From positions 12,041,043 to 12,076,986 of the forward strand of contig NC_068989.1 in assembly GCF_001194135.2 (NCBI RefSeq): DNA of 35,944 bases. The letters run 5' to 3'. How positions within the stretch are numbered: position 1 is the stretch's first letter; the number at the start of each line of letters is the position of its first letter. The position numbers were made by a program, and so were the translations under genes. This document shows, one piece after another, positions 1-10,762 of this stretch. Under the pieces are notes generated by a model. It ran no database searches and was not told the origin of the DNA. It saw only the letters and a list, made by a program, of their open reading frames with translations. This DNA is from Octopus bimaculoides (taxonomy: Eukaryota).

Positions 1-130
1 AAAAAAAAAAAGAAAGAAAATACAATGAAAAATAATATCTGGCACTTATAAAAAGTATGTGTGTGGGTATGGGATTTCAAGTGGGGGAAGAAAAAAGAAA
101 AGGAAAATTAATCATTGCTGTTGCTGCTGC

Positions 131-142
131 TGAAGATGATGA

Positions 143-174
<32 letters not shown>

Positions 175-225
175 ATGATGATGATGATGATGACGATGAG
201 GATGATGATGATGATGGTGATTATG
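131..225. repeat. (GAT)n/(GGT)n microsatellite
   Basis: Directly visible trinucleotide run; explains the poly-D and poly-M ORFs 57..245 and 115..369. Confidence 0.95.
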
Positions 226-418
226 AAGGACGTTCGTTACTATAACTATTATGCCGTATATTTCAGTTCCCCATTCCTTCATTCACTCTCACTCTGTCGT
301 GTACATTTTAGTGTACATTTTAACACAAAAGAGGCGACCTTTAACAACAAATATTTCTCCTCGGTATAGTTACTACTTTCATCTCTTAAAGAGATTTTCT
401 ATCTCTAGCTACTTAGCA

Positions 419-420
<2 letters not shown>

Positions 421-453
<33 letters not shown>
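421..453. repeat. (AT)n microsatellite
   Basis: Directly visible. Confidence 0.95.
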
Positions 454-456
<3 letters not shown>

Positions 457-789
457 AAATATGTGTTATAATACTATTCCACATACACAAAAACAGCCAT
501 ACCAACAATGCAACATACCACCATCATCAGCTCCCCCTCGGATATCATCATGGTTTCGACACCTGGGCAGTACCATTCAATCCGGTGGTGTCAACAGCAA
601 TAAAGTAAGTGTTGTTTGGGAACAAACATAAAAAAATCACAACTTTCAAACACATTTACTCTATGTACAACCGTATCAGTATATATATATGTATATATAT
701 ATATGTACACACAACGTAATATTCAACAGAGGTCAGCTCATCCCACCAGAAAGTTTTAATTTAAAGGACTATATAAAGCCAAGGTGAGC

Positions 790-838
790 TCACAGTCCGA
801 TGACGGTTTAGCTGGCCGGAACTTCAATGTCACTGTGA
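790..838 (+). ncRNA. Degenerate type I hammerhead ribozyme motif (Penelope-like context)
   Basis: TCACAGT(790-796) CCGATGA(797-803) C GG..CC GGAAC(818-822) TTCAAT GTC(829-831) ACTGTGA(832-838). 7-bp stem I, GUC triplet, two core substitutions versus CUGANGA/GAAA. Confidence 0.6.
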
Positions 839-842
839 AAAC

Positions 843-1138
843 TATTCTTGTCAAAGAATAATAAATTTGTACACAATAAAAAGTATTGAGTAATCGTTCA
901 GTTTAATGTGAAACTGATTTTATTATAATATAAAAATTGATTTCAATATCTGTACTTATATATATACATATATGTGTGTGTGTTTGTGTATGAATGTGTA
1001 TATATGTGTGTATACATATATATAAGTACAGATATTGATATTTGTTTTTATATTATAATAAAAACAGTTTCACATTAAACTGAACGATTACTCAATACTT
1101 TTTATTGCGTACGAATTTATTATTCTTTGACAAGAATA
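843..1138. repeat. Long inverted repeat, ~120-bp arms (843-965 / 1016-1138) around a ~50-bp TA/TG microsatellite spacer
   Basis: Manual reverse-complement alignment shows about 7 mismatches over ~120 nt. Confidence 0.92.
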
Positions 1139-1964
1139 TATATTGTCATAGAATATATATATTGTTATAGAACAGTTTTAGATTCCTTATGTATTTCATT
1201 ATTGGTCTGCCTGATCAGGGCTGAACTGGATATGAACACCAGTAGTTGAAACAACCCACCTAACAATCTACATGCTTTTGACGGTAGAGAGATAAATACT
1301 ATTTTATGGTCTCTGACCGCGTATATTTATATGACATATACCAGAAATATTTTCGTATTTTCGTATCTTTGTTTGCTCATTTTCAGAACATCTTCATCTC
1401 CATGTTACCAATTTGATGAAAGTCGGCATCGCTCGTTCAGCATATATTTGAAATTGGAGTAATATATCATTTTTATGATAGCATTTATAATCTTCCTTGA
1501 CTAGCAATTTATATCACTTTGTAAATATCTCACGTTCTCCAATAACTCCAACTATATTCCATTCAGTTCGGAAGCCTTCTAAGCTGACATACCTGTTGTA
1601 AACTGCAGTCTTGCGTACGCCTCTGTTATTGATGTTTTCTAACTAATTGGCGTTCTAACACATTCACGAAACCTCTGTTCTATCTGCAATGTGAAATTTT
1701 CCCTATAATTCTCTAACGAATTTCTACTTCCCACGGATACGCGGTGAAATCATTTATACGCTGTTAACTTAACAAGTAGCGAAGAATTATGTAAGGCTCT
1801 TACAAACGTATATAAATGAAATCAGGACTCGTCTTATATTGTTAGGTTGAATAACGTGATATCTCCAAATAAATTACAAAATTTTGGTTTTGTAATTGAG
1901 GTACGAATAATATAGTGTTATGGTACTTGAAATACCAATATCACTAACAATCAATGAAGGAGGT

Positions 1965-2150
1965 AAAGTCTACTTGGTCGCTCAATTTCCTGGAATCAGC
2001 AGTCAAAATCCTCTTATATAAACGTCCCATCAGCGCAAATTTAGGAATGATTGGTTTGATATTATTGTTCTAGATGACTATAAAAAGATCGATTATGGCT
2101 CGGTTAGAATGTCTTTGATCACTGATCTACTCAACCAAAAGTTGAAACAA
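1965..2150. mobile_element. Old dispersed repeat family fragment
   Basis: Shares a degenerate GAAATAGCAGCCAAATCTCCCTC-like motif and a ...TGATCA..GGGCT-like block with fragments near 1200-1290, 9190-9375, 15095-15125, 15745-15800, 28095-28170, 28870-28905 and 29700-29935. Confidence 0.4.
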
Positions 2151-2206
2151 CAGGAACAAGAACTTAGTTTAATACAAGCGGTGATATAGGGTCAGATGAT
2201 AAAGAC

Positions 2207-2297
2207 AAATAAAATGTCTTGCTCTAGAACACAACTCAGGCCAGGAATCGAACTCTGGTCCTTACGATTGAGAGCCTAATACCCCGACCAATAAGCC
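2207..2297 (-). mobile_element. SINE family B fragment (tRNA-like head + CORE-like domain start)
   Basis: Reverse complement shows A-box TGGCTTATTGG, B-box GAGTTCGATTCC and TGTGTTCTAGAGCAAGACATTTTATTT, homologous to 22101-22253. Confidence 0.7.
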
Positions 2298-2649
2298 AAA
2301 ACTTTTCACATTTCAATAACGACTATACATGATGCGAACAAATGAGACTTAACTAAATCAGTCATTAAAACACACGTACACAACACAGTAGAAATATAAG
2401 ATCATGCAAAAAAAAAAAAAAACTAGCAGCGCCGTTAACTGTGTACGCTACGGCTGCTGACTATATCAACGTTATCACCCATCCGCCATCGTGTTATTAA
2501 AAGAAGACAATCTGGATGGCTATAAACTATAAACAAACAAATAAACAAACAAGCAAACAAACAAACGGCTGAATGATAATACAAATAATAACGATTAGAA
2601 CGCTTTCTCTGTCACTAACACCAACGAAAATAGCATTGCTTCTTCTTTC

Positions 2650-2878
2650 GTCCTACCACTAATACTACCATTAACAACAAGAACAACAACAACAACAGCA
2701 ATACACACATCAACCACCACTACTAACACCACCGCCACCAACAACAACAACAACAACTTCTCCCACCACCAATACCACCACTCACAGCACCACCACCAAC
2801 AGCAACAATAATAACAACACCAACAACAACACTACTACTTCAACCACCACCGCCACCACCACCACCACCACCACCACC

Positions 2879-2913
<35 letters not shown>

Positions 2914-2926
2914 ATTACCCCAAGCA
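2650..2926. repeat. (CAA)n/(CCA)n compound microsatellite
   Basis: Directly visible; runs into N gap 2927-3003. Confidence 0.9.
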
Positions 2927-3052
2927 NNNNNNNNNNNNNNNNNNNNNNNNNNNNNNNNNNNNNNNNNNNNNNNNNNNNNNNNNNNNNNNNNNNNNNNNNN
3001 NNNTCTTCCTCAAATTTTTCCTCCACCTTCACCTCCTCCTGCTCTTTGTCAT

Positions 3053-3055
3053 ATT

Positions 3056-3115
<60 letters not shown>

Positions 3116-3191
3116 GTTATTATTATTATTATTATTATTATCAATAACAACGACAACAACAAAAACAACAACCGCAACAACGACAACAACG

Positions 3192-3274
<83 letters not shown>

Positions 3275-3291
3275 TGTGGTAATATTAATAG

Positions 3292-3328
<37 letters not shown>

Positions 3329-3345
3329 AACAATAATATTTTAAA
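3053..3345. repeat. (ATT)n-(ACA)n-(AAT)n-(GAT)n compound microsatellite
   Basis: Directly visible; explains poly-I/L/M ORFs. Confidence 0.95.
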
Positions 3346-3764
3346 ATAATATTTTAGATAACACAATAATAAATGAAGAGAAACAGACGATAATGACATT
3401 TCAGGCCTTCTTCTCATTAAACAAATGTTTATTTGGATTTTAATTGAAGTGATTTGAATTAAAATGGCGGCGGTGACAGACTTTAGAATTGGAATAATGT
3501 CAGCATGACGTGGATCCTTATAAGAGGTTATTCGAATTTTATGAATAGAGCAGAATGCGAAGGAAATGGAGAAGGGAGAGCGGGGGACAATTTCAATAAC
3601 TTAAAATGTTTCTGTTCGTTATAAACATGAACCTTATCAACTCCAAGCTGTTTAATCTGATAGCACCTTCTTTACACAAGCTAACATTCTGCTTCTATAT
3701 CCGACCGTTTGTCTTTCGTCTGCCTGCCAGATTTTGTCTTTCGTTTTCTTTATCTTATCCTATC

Positions 3765-4045
<281 letters not shown>

Positions 4046-4057
4046 GGATCTTTGAAG

Positions 4058-4149
4058 TACACTCTGTTCAAATGAGCTTCTACACTCTGTTCAAATGAGC
4101 TTCTACGTTCTGTTCAGATGAGCTTCTACACTCTGTTCAAATGAGCTTC
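4058..4149 (+). repeat. 23-bp minisatellite x4 (TACACTCTGTTCAAATGAGCTTC)
   Basis: Units start at 4058, 4081, 4104 (3 substitutions) and 4127. Confidence 0.95.
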
Positions 4150-4164
4150 TCTGATTCCTCAGAG

Positions 4165-4829
4165 AAGATGGCAGTTTTCCATCGAGGCATTCACCACTTC
4201 CGATAGGCTTGGCATCATTTTTCCCGCTTATCATTGTTCGAAGAGAGTTCATATCATGAGTCCTTCAGTCCTTACTGCCTGCTTCCTAAGTAGAAGCATG
4301 GAGGCTGCTCTGCAATGATTTAGGAAATCATATCACGGAATTCTCTTGGCCCTTGATTGTCCTACGTTACAAAGTTAGGGCCAATGATTCCCCGAGGACT
4401 TTTCACTGATAATATTTCTTCTACATTACAAATATTGTTCCTTGGTGGTAGCACAATCTACCAGGACAATAATGTATCAATTTACACGGCTTATGTAATT
4501 CAAAACAGATACGAAGAGCACAAAAATACAGTAGATTACTTAGATTACACCCCAATACCACCCGGCCCCACACCAATTACGGGATCTCAATAAAATCGAG
4601 CACTTACGGTGCAGTTTGGTGCCGCTACATTCCAACATCATCACTGAAACAGCTAAAGCAGGTTTACCTTGAAGGATGCCACAAAACGTCCCTAAAACAG
4701 TTTAGAATTTATACGAGTCAATTCCCCGACGTATTAAAGCTGTGATTGATGCTAAAGCTTGGCCAACTGCGTATTAAATAATAAAACTTACATTTAACGA
4801 GATGTTTCCATTATTTCGTCGAACCCCTG
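4165..4829 (+). mobile_element. Decayed Tc1-family DNA transposon: transposase C-terminal half plus right terminus
   Basis: Across stops and frameshifts it reads CLLPK*KHGGCSAMI (cf. PTVKHGGGSVMVW), IYQDNNVSIYTA (cf. FQDDNAPIHTA), PQLRDLNKIEHL (cf. PQSPDLNPIEHLW) and LYESIPRRIKAVIDAKAWPTAY* (cf. SMPRRIKAVIKAKGGPTKY). It ends ...CGAACCCCTG followed by TA at 4830-4831. Confidence 0.9.
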
Positions 4830-5544
4830 TATATATTATATAAACCCTTATATAAAATATACAGTGGTATATATTATATATATATACAGCGGAATATATT
4901 ATAGGAAACTGTATCTACATTAGAACTGTCAATTAGATACCAGAAATAACCCTAATATTTCCTGTATTTTCCTAAAAGCCAGCGGTATAAATTTCTAACG
5001 AAATGATATCATAAAATTCTTATATTGTACTGAAAGGGCAAAACGAGCAGAAATTATGCAAAAACTTCTCAGAAAGTTTCCCGTGTAAAAAAAAAAAAAC
5101 CCCAAAAAGCAACGGTTTGTTGTAATAGTCGAATTAATGAATAAATTTAAAATAGGAATCTTAATGTAAGATTTTCAGGTTGAACGAATTTGTGTAAATA
5201 ACCATAAAATGATAGTGCTTTCCCGTTGACATAAGTTTGAAAAATCCAAAATGTCAGCAAGCAAAATTGAGTAGTAAAGATGTAAATGTTCAAGACTGAG
5301 GACTGAAACCTTTAAACCTTTCTTTTTCATTTGTTTTTCAGTTGTCTTTTTATTTTTTTTAGTTTTCAAAATGTCTTCCACAGTTTTAGTATGACATTTA
5401 TATTGATACAACAAGGCAGGATTTTCAGAAACTGTATTTGAAGTGGGGATATCTTTTAAGAAATTTGAAACGACAAAATAAAACACACACACACATAACA
5501 CGCGTCCACGCAAACACACAAACACACACACATGCACACTTGCT

Positions 5545-5720
5545 GCGTGATACCTCGCAGTACGAGTTTAATTCGTTCCATGACGGAGCTTGTCTTGCGA
5601 TTTCCTCGTTTTACAAATCAATTTTCCCCCCATTGAAATTAACTAAAATATAATTAATCTGTTTCAGCCCCGCAAAAAAACCACTCAAAATGAAGTTTTT
5701 ATAGGTTTTAAAACAGAAAA
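5545..5720 (+). mobile_element. Possible pogo/Tigger-like left-end fragment
   Basis: GTGATACCTCGCAGTACGAGTTTAATTCGTTCC resembles CAGTGGTACCTCG-type TIR starts and is followed by TTTTCCCCCATTGAAAT. Recalled similarity only; no partner TIR seen. Confidence 0.4.
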
Positions 5721-5923
5721 GGTGTTTTGTTTCTGTTTTTACCAGACCCAGCTCAGATCCCCTTACCAGTCGTGACTGGAATAAATTTCTTTTAGAAAGA
5801 AGAAAAATCCGACAATAAACTGAAAATGAAGTAAGAGAAAGAAAAGATTAGCCCGCCACCCCCTATAATACTGGTACTTTATTTAAATCCCCAGACGGAC
5901 GAAAATAAAAAATGGCTAAGGTG

Positions 5924-6141
5924 TATTCTTTTCTACTCGCGGCACAAGGCCCGAAATTTTGGGGGAAGGAGGCCAGTCGATTAGATTGCCCCCAGTACGC
6001 AACTGGTACTTAATTTATCGACGCTGAAAGGATGAAAGGCAGAGTCGACCTCGACAGAATTTGAACTCAGAACATAAAGACAGAGGAAATACCACTAGGT
6101 ATTTCCCCCGGCGTGCTAACGATTCTGCCAGCTCACCGCCT
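5924..6141 (-). mobile_element. SINE family A, near full length (tRNA-like head, central conserved domain, short tail)
   Basis: Reverse complement has A-box GCTGGCAGAATCG, B-box GAGTTCAAATT, central GTCGACT.TGCCTTTCATCCTTTC..GTCGATAAATTAAGTACCAG (resembles the Meta/MESC-type SINE domain from memory) and tail GGGCCTTGTGCC..AGTAGAAAAG. At least 7 copies in the window. Confidence 0.88.
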
Positions 6142-6538
6142 TAAAATGGCTAACTTGTATTCTCATTACTGTCAACATGAAATCTCATATAAAAAGACAA
6201 AACAAATTGACAATTCCTCATGCATCGGTGGTATTGTGGATAAAAAAAAGTCATCGAATATAACTGAAATATATAGTTTCCTAGTTCGAATCTAGGTTAG
6301 GAACTATTTACGTATCTTTCAATGTTTTTCAATTGTTAGACTACGGCCATGCTGGGGCACCGCCTTGGAGACTTTTTAGTCGAATATATTGACAGCAATG
6401 CGATCCGGAACATGTACTCTACTCAACTAATTGTCGCTGTCACGACCTGACTCGTCCACTGGATTCGTAACGTTTCTCGCTTGCGTGACTATTTCAGATT
6501 CTGCGCTTCATAATGTATTTGCGTAATTGTTCGGATGT

Positions 6539-6540
<2 letters not shown>

Positions 6541-6573
<33 letters not shown>
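6541..6573. repeat. (GT)n microsatellite
   Basis: Directly visible. Confidence 0.95.
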
Positions 6574-6575
<2 letters not shown>

Positions 6576-7356
6576 GTTCTGAGCTATGTAATTAGTTAAT
6601 ACCGTCACATGATTAGTCATACTGGAGGTGATACTGTCGTTTTTTTTCCTTTCACCCCTCAAGGATGTTGACCTATATAACAACGTTAATATCAATGACG
6701 ACGATGACGNNNNNNNNNNNNNNNNNNNNNNNNNNNNNNNNNNNNNNNNNNNNNNNNNNNNNNNNNNNNNNNNNNNNNNNNNNNNNNNNNNNNNNNNNNN
6801 NNNNNNNNNNNNNNNNNNNNNNNNNNNNNNNNNNNNNNNNNNNNNNNNNNNNNNNNNNNNNNNNNNNNNNNNNNNNNNNNNNNNNNNNNNNNNNNNNNNN
6901 NNNNNNNNNNNNNNNNNNNNNNNNNNNNNNNNNNNNNNNNNNNNNNNNNNNNNNNNNNNNNNNNNNNNNNNNNNNNNNNNNNNNNNNNNNNNNNNNNNNN
7001 NNNNNNNNNNNNNNNNNNNNNNNNNNNNNNNNNNNNNNNNNNNNNNNNNNNNNNNNNNNNNNNNNNNNNNNNNNNNNNNNNNNNNNNNNNNNNNNNNNNN
7101 NNNNNNNNNNNNNNNNNNNNNNNNNNNNNNNNNNNNNNNNNNNNNNNNNNNNNNNNNNNNNNNNNNNNNNNNNNNNNNNNNNNNNNNNNNNNNNNNNNNN
7201 NNNNNNNNNNNNNNNNNNNNNNNNNNNNNNNNNNNNNNNNNNNNNNNNNNNNNNNNNNNNNNNNNNNNNNNNNNNNNNNNNNNNNNNNNNNNNNNNNNNN
7301 NNNNNNNNNNNNNNNNNNNNNNNNNNNNNNNNNNNNNNNNNNNNNNNNNNNNNNNN

Positions 7357-7810
7357 ACCAGCACCATGACAACTACCACTACCATCACCACCGTTACTAC
7401 CACCACCACCACCACCACCACCACCACCACTGCCATAATCATCATCACCACTACCACTACCACCACTACCACCACCACCACCACGAGCACGACGACGACG
7501 ACGACCACCACCACAGTCACCACCACCATCACCACCATCGCCAGCACCCCCAGCACCACCTCTACCACCATCGACATGACCACCACCACCACCACCACTA
7601 TGACAGTCACAAACCACCGTCACCATTATCAGCAGCACCACCAGCAACACCACAACGCCACCACTACCACAACCAGCATCATCAACATCAACATCAACAA
7701 CAACTACGACATGCCAACTGTAGCGTACGAAGCAGACACAATATGAAGAGGAATGTTGTAGCTACAACAACAACAACAACAACAACAGCAACAACAACAA
7801 CAACAACAAC
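7357..7810. repeat. (CCA)n/(CAA)n low-complexity tract
   Basis: Directly visible; follows N gap 6710-7356. Confidence 0.9.
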
Positions 7811-7914
7811 AGCGTTAACATTTCCCGCTGTTATTCTTAATAATATCGACATTTTCCTACAACGTCATCGTCAGCTTTGTCGATGACGTCATCAACAAAT
7901 TCTCTAACTTCTCC

Positions 7915-8390
7915 ATCACCACCACCGCCGTCATCACAAAAACCACCACAACAACCATCGCCACCACCACCGCAACCATCGCCACCACCACCGCAACCAC
8001 AATCACAAGGACGACAAATACAATCATTACTATCACTATGATCCTCCTCCTCCTCCTCCTCCTGTACCCCCTCTTCATTATTGTCGTCAACGTTACCACC
8101 GTCATCTTCATCATGATCATCGTCATTATCATTATCATCATCATCAACGTCGCCATCATCATCATCATTAACGTCGTCATCATCGCCATCATCATCATTA
8201 TCATCATTATCATCATCATCATCATCATCATCATCATCGTCGTCGTCGTCGCCGCCATCATCATCATCATCGTCATCATCATCATCGTCGTCGTCATCAT
8301 CATCATCGTCATCATCATCATCGTCGTCGTCGTCGTCATCAACGTCATCATCATCACCATCATAATCATCATCATCGTCATCATCTTGTG
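7915..8390. repeat. (CAT)n/(CGT)n/(CCA)n low-complexity tract
   Basis: Directly visible; explains the poly-D ORF 7837..8532. Confidence 0.9.
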
Positions 8391-8954
8391 CGCGGTTGCG
8401 GTAGCCATGTATCTTATTGTCATGAATAGCATCACGATCATCGTTAGTGCAACAATAACAAGAACAATATAGACAAAAAGCAACAGTAACAACAACAACA
8501 ACGACTATGTAAACAAACAAACAATAACACAACAGTATTAGCTAAAAAGAAAAACAAAAAAAAACGGGGGAATAAATATAATGAAAATATTCTCAAAATA
8601 ATCCGCAATTTGAATTATCTGATCTCCTTAACCCCATCATCAGTGTACTTATCAAGAACGTATTAGTGTTTAATACGCTATCAATCACTGGCAGTTCAAA
8701 GAGAAATATCGATTTGGCAGAAGTTTGAATCCCTGGCAGATGAGCTGTCGAGAAGAGAAGCCCCTTGGTACATAATCTATTATCTTAAACCAAATAACTT
8801 ATACATCATCTGAGTGAAATCTCGGGTCGTAGGAGAGATTGAGTTCCATGTGAGGTTTTATTTTATCCACTTTCCGTCATAGAAACGAAATGAGAACACG
8901 CCTTCAGTTTTGGAAGAGCGTTACAGCGAATTTAAACCCACATTTCTTCGTATG

Positions 8955-9142
8955 GGTTTCAAATTTTGGCTCAACATAAGTAATTTCGAGGGAGGGGGTG
9001 CGGTGTAAATCGGTTACATTGACCTGAGTGCTCAACTAGTACTTATTTGATCACCCTTCAAAGGATAAAAGGCAAAGTCGACCTCGGCAGAATTTGAACT
9101 CAGAACGTAACGGCGGACGAAATACCGCTAAGCATTTTGCCC
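8955..9142 (-). mobile_element. SINE family A, 5'-truncated, variant tail
   Basis: AAAGGCAAAGTCGACCTCGGCAGAATTTGAACTCAGAACGTAA matches the 5924 and 28991 copies; tail reads CCCTCGAAATT..CCAAAATTTGAAACC on the minus strand. Confidence 0.8.
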
Positions 9143-9379
9143 GCCTTATAGACGGACGGAAGTGCCCAGCGTGCTTAGATAGTACTTCATATTAGCAACT
9201 CACCAACTAGACCTATGATCAACGATGTTCCCCCCATGAACATTCATTCGTTTTGTACATTAAAAACTACATAACCTAATGAGTTCTTCATTTTTTTTTT
9301 AAACTCAACAACGCATGATCTGAAGCAGATTTAGTTACTATTTCTAGCAGGAAGACCAACTGTGTAGAAAATTCGCTCC

Positions 9380-9446
9380 TTTATATTCTTTTCTATAATA
9401 GGCACAAGGCCTGAAATTCTTTAGGGAAGGTATTAAGTCGATTACA
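9380..9446 (-). mobile_element. SINE family A 3' tail fragment
   Basis: ATTCTTTTCTATAATAGGCACAAGGCCTGAAATT matches the tail at 5924-5960. Confidence 0.7.
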
Positions 9447-9448
9447 AC

Positions 9449-9497
9449 GATGAGAACAAATATCCGTTCAAATGTAAATAATGTAAATGATGTATAT
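9449..9497 (+). mobile_element. 3' fragment of the hammerhead-bearing element (family E), without the ribozyme
   Basis: GATGAGAACAAATATCCGTTCAAATGTAAATAATGTAAATGATGTA matches the region 3' of the hammerhead in the 17318 and 27259 copies. Confidence 0.75.
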
Positions 9498-9498
9498 A

Positions 9499-9619
9499 GA
9501 CCTCAGTACTTATTTTAAAGTCTGGTAGTTATTCTACCGGGCTCTCTTATCGAACCGCTAAGTTACGAAGACATATAGAAACCAATACTCGTTGTCAAGC
9601 GGTCGTGGTGGTGGGAAAA

Positions 9620-9705
<86 letters not shown>

Positions 9706-9824
9706 CAACGAGGTTTCATTCAGTTTTCGTTTACCAAATTCACTCACGCATTCGCAGTGTGCCGCCCAGTGGCACTTTACTCGAATCCACGTGGTTACAA
9801 AGCGAACTTCTGAACCACACAGCT
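9499..9824 (-). mobile_element. SINE family D with internal (AC)n microsatellite (9622-9707)
   Basis: Head, body and 3' block homologous to the + copy at 25199-25531. Confidence 0.75.
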
Positions 9825-10375
9825 AATAATATATAACACAACATGTTACTTTTTGAATATTTTGCGATACAATTTATAGAAATTGATCTGGTGACCCTGT
9901 TTTATACGGAAATGAATGGAAAGTGGAATCGGTCAGGCAACTTAATGTAGAGATTCCATTTAAAATCAACGACCAACGACAACAAAACAAAACAAAACAA
10001 AAGCCAAACAAAACAAAACAAGAGCGTTTCCTGTAATGTCTTGTAATAATGATCAGACATTGTTTCACATCAAACGCAATTAATTATTAATCTCTGACAA
10101 TCTGGTCTGTTGACGCTTATTTAGATGAAGGTATTGTTATTTATGCCGCTGGCTAACAAAACAACAATAAAAAAAGTGTCCATATCCCACAGACTGAGCC
10201 ACGCAAACTGCCCATAAAATTGTTACAACCCATCTTTCTTATTGCATAGCGTTTAGTTATGCAAATATTTAAAAATAACCACTAAACGCACATAAAATAA
10301 CGGCCGCGTCAATTATGCAGTTATCCTTCCGCCTACGTCATTGCATTGTAATTCGGCATCGTAAATGATGCTGTT

Positions 10376-10376
10376 A

Positions 10377-10420
<44 letters not shown>

Positions 10421-10432
10421 AGTGACGATGAT
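10376..10432. repeat. (GAT)n microsatellite
   Basis: Directly visible. Confidence 0.95.
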
Positions 10433-10594
10433 AATTTTGTGGACGTTATGTGACAGGAATAATTATTGCTGACAATGTTGTTGTTGTTGGCTTTGATGCT
10501 GTCTAGTTCCCGGCTAACCATGATGAAGCATATCTGTAATCAAAGGTATTCTAATCTTGACCATTTTGTCATTATTAGCACTATGTAAGTCAAC

Positions 10595-10762
10595 AATCGT
10601 TAGCAGCATAGCACAGTGGTTCGTTACAGGTCTGAGCTCAAATCCCGCCCCAGGTCGACTTTATCTTTTATCCTCCCGGATAAAAATCGAACACTGAGGT
10701 CAAAATATGTGATTTCACTCACAAAACACGAGTTTCTGACCTCGTGCCTATGAAAATAATTA
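10595..10762 (+). mobile_element. SINE family A, degenerate
   Basis: CTGAGCTCAAATCCCGCCCCAGGTCGACTTTATCTTTTATCCTCCCGGATAAA matches the B-box and central domain. Confidence 0.65.

Noticed and set aside
520-565. Type II hammerhead from minus-strand GAAAC...CTGATGA
   Set aside because: No complementary strands for stems I-III.
1300-1760. Possible decayed LINE APE-endonuclease on the minus strand
   Set aside because: Only a vague resemblance (ITEAYA), many stops and no diagnostic GDFN or SDH motifs.
4058-4149. CRISPR-like array (also considered for 34935-34999 and 18578-18805)
   Set aside because: Eukaryotic context, no unique 25-45 nt spacers, no cas genes; these are tandem repeats.
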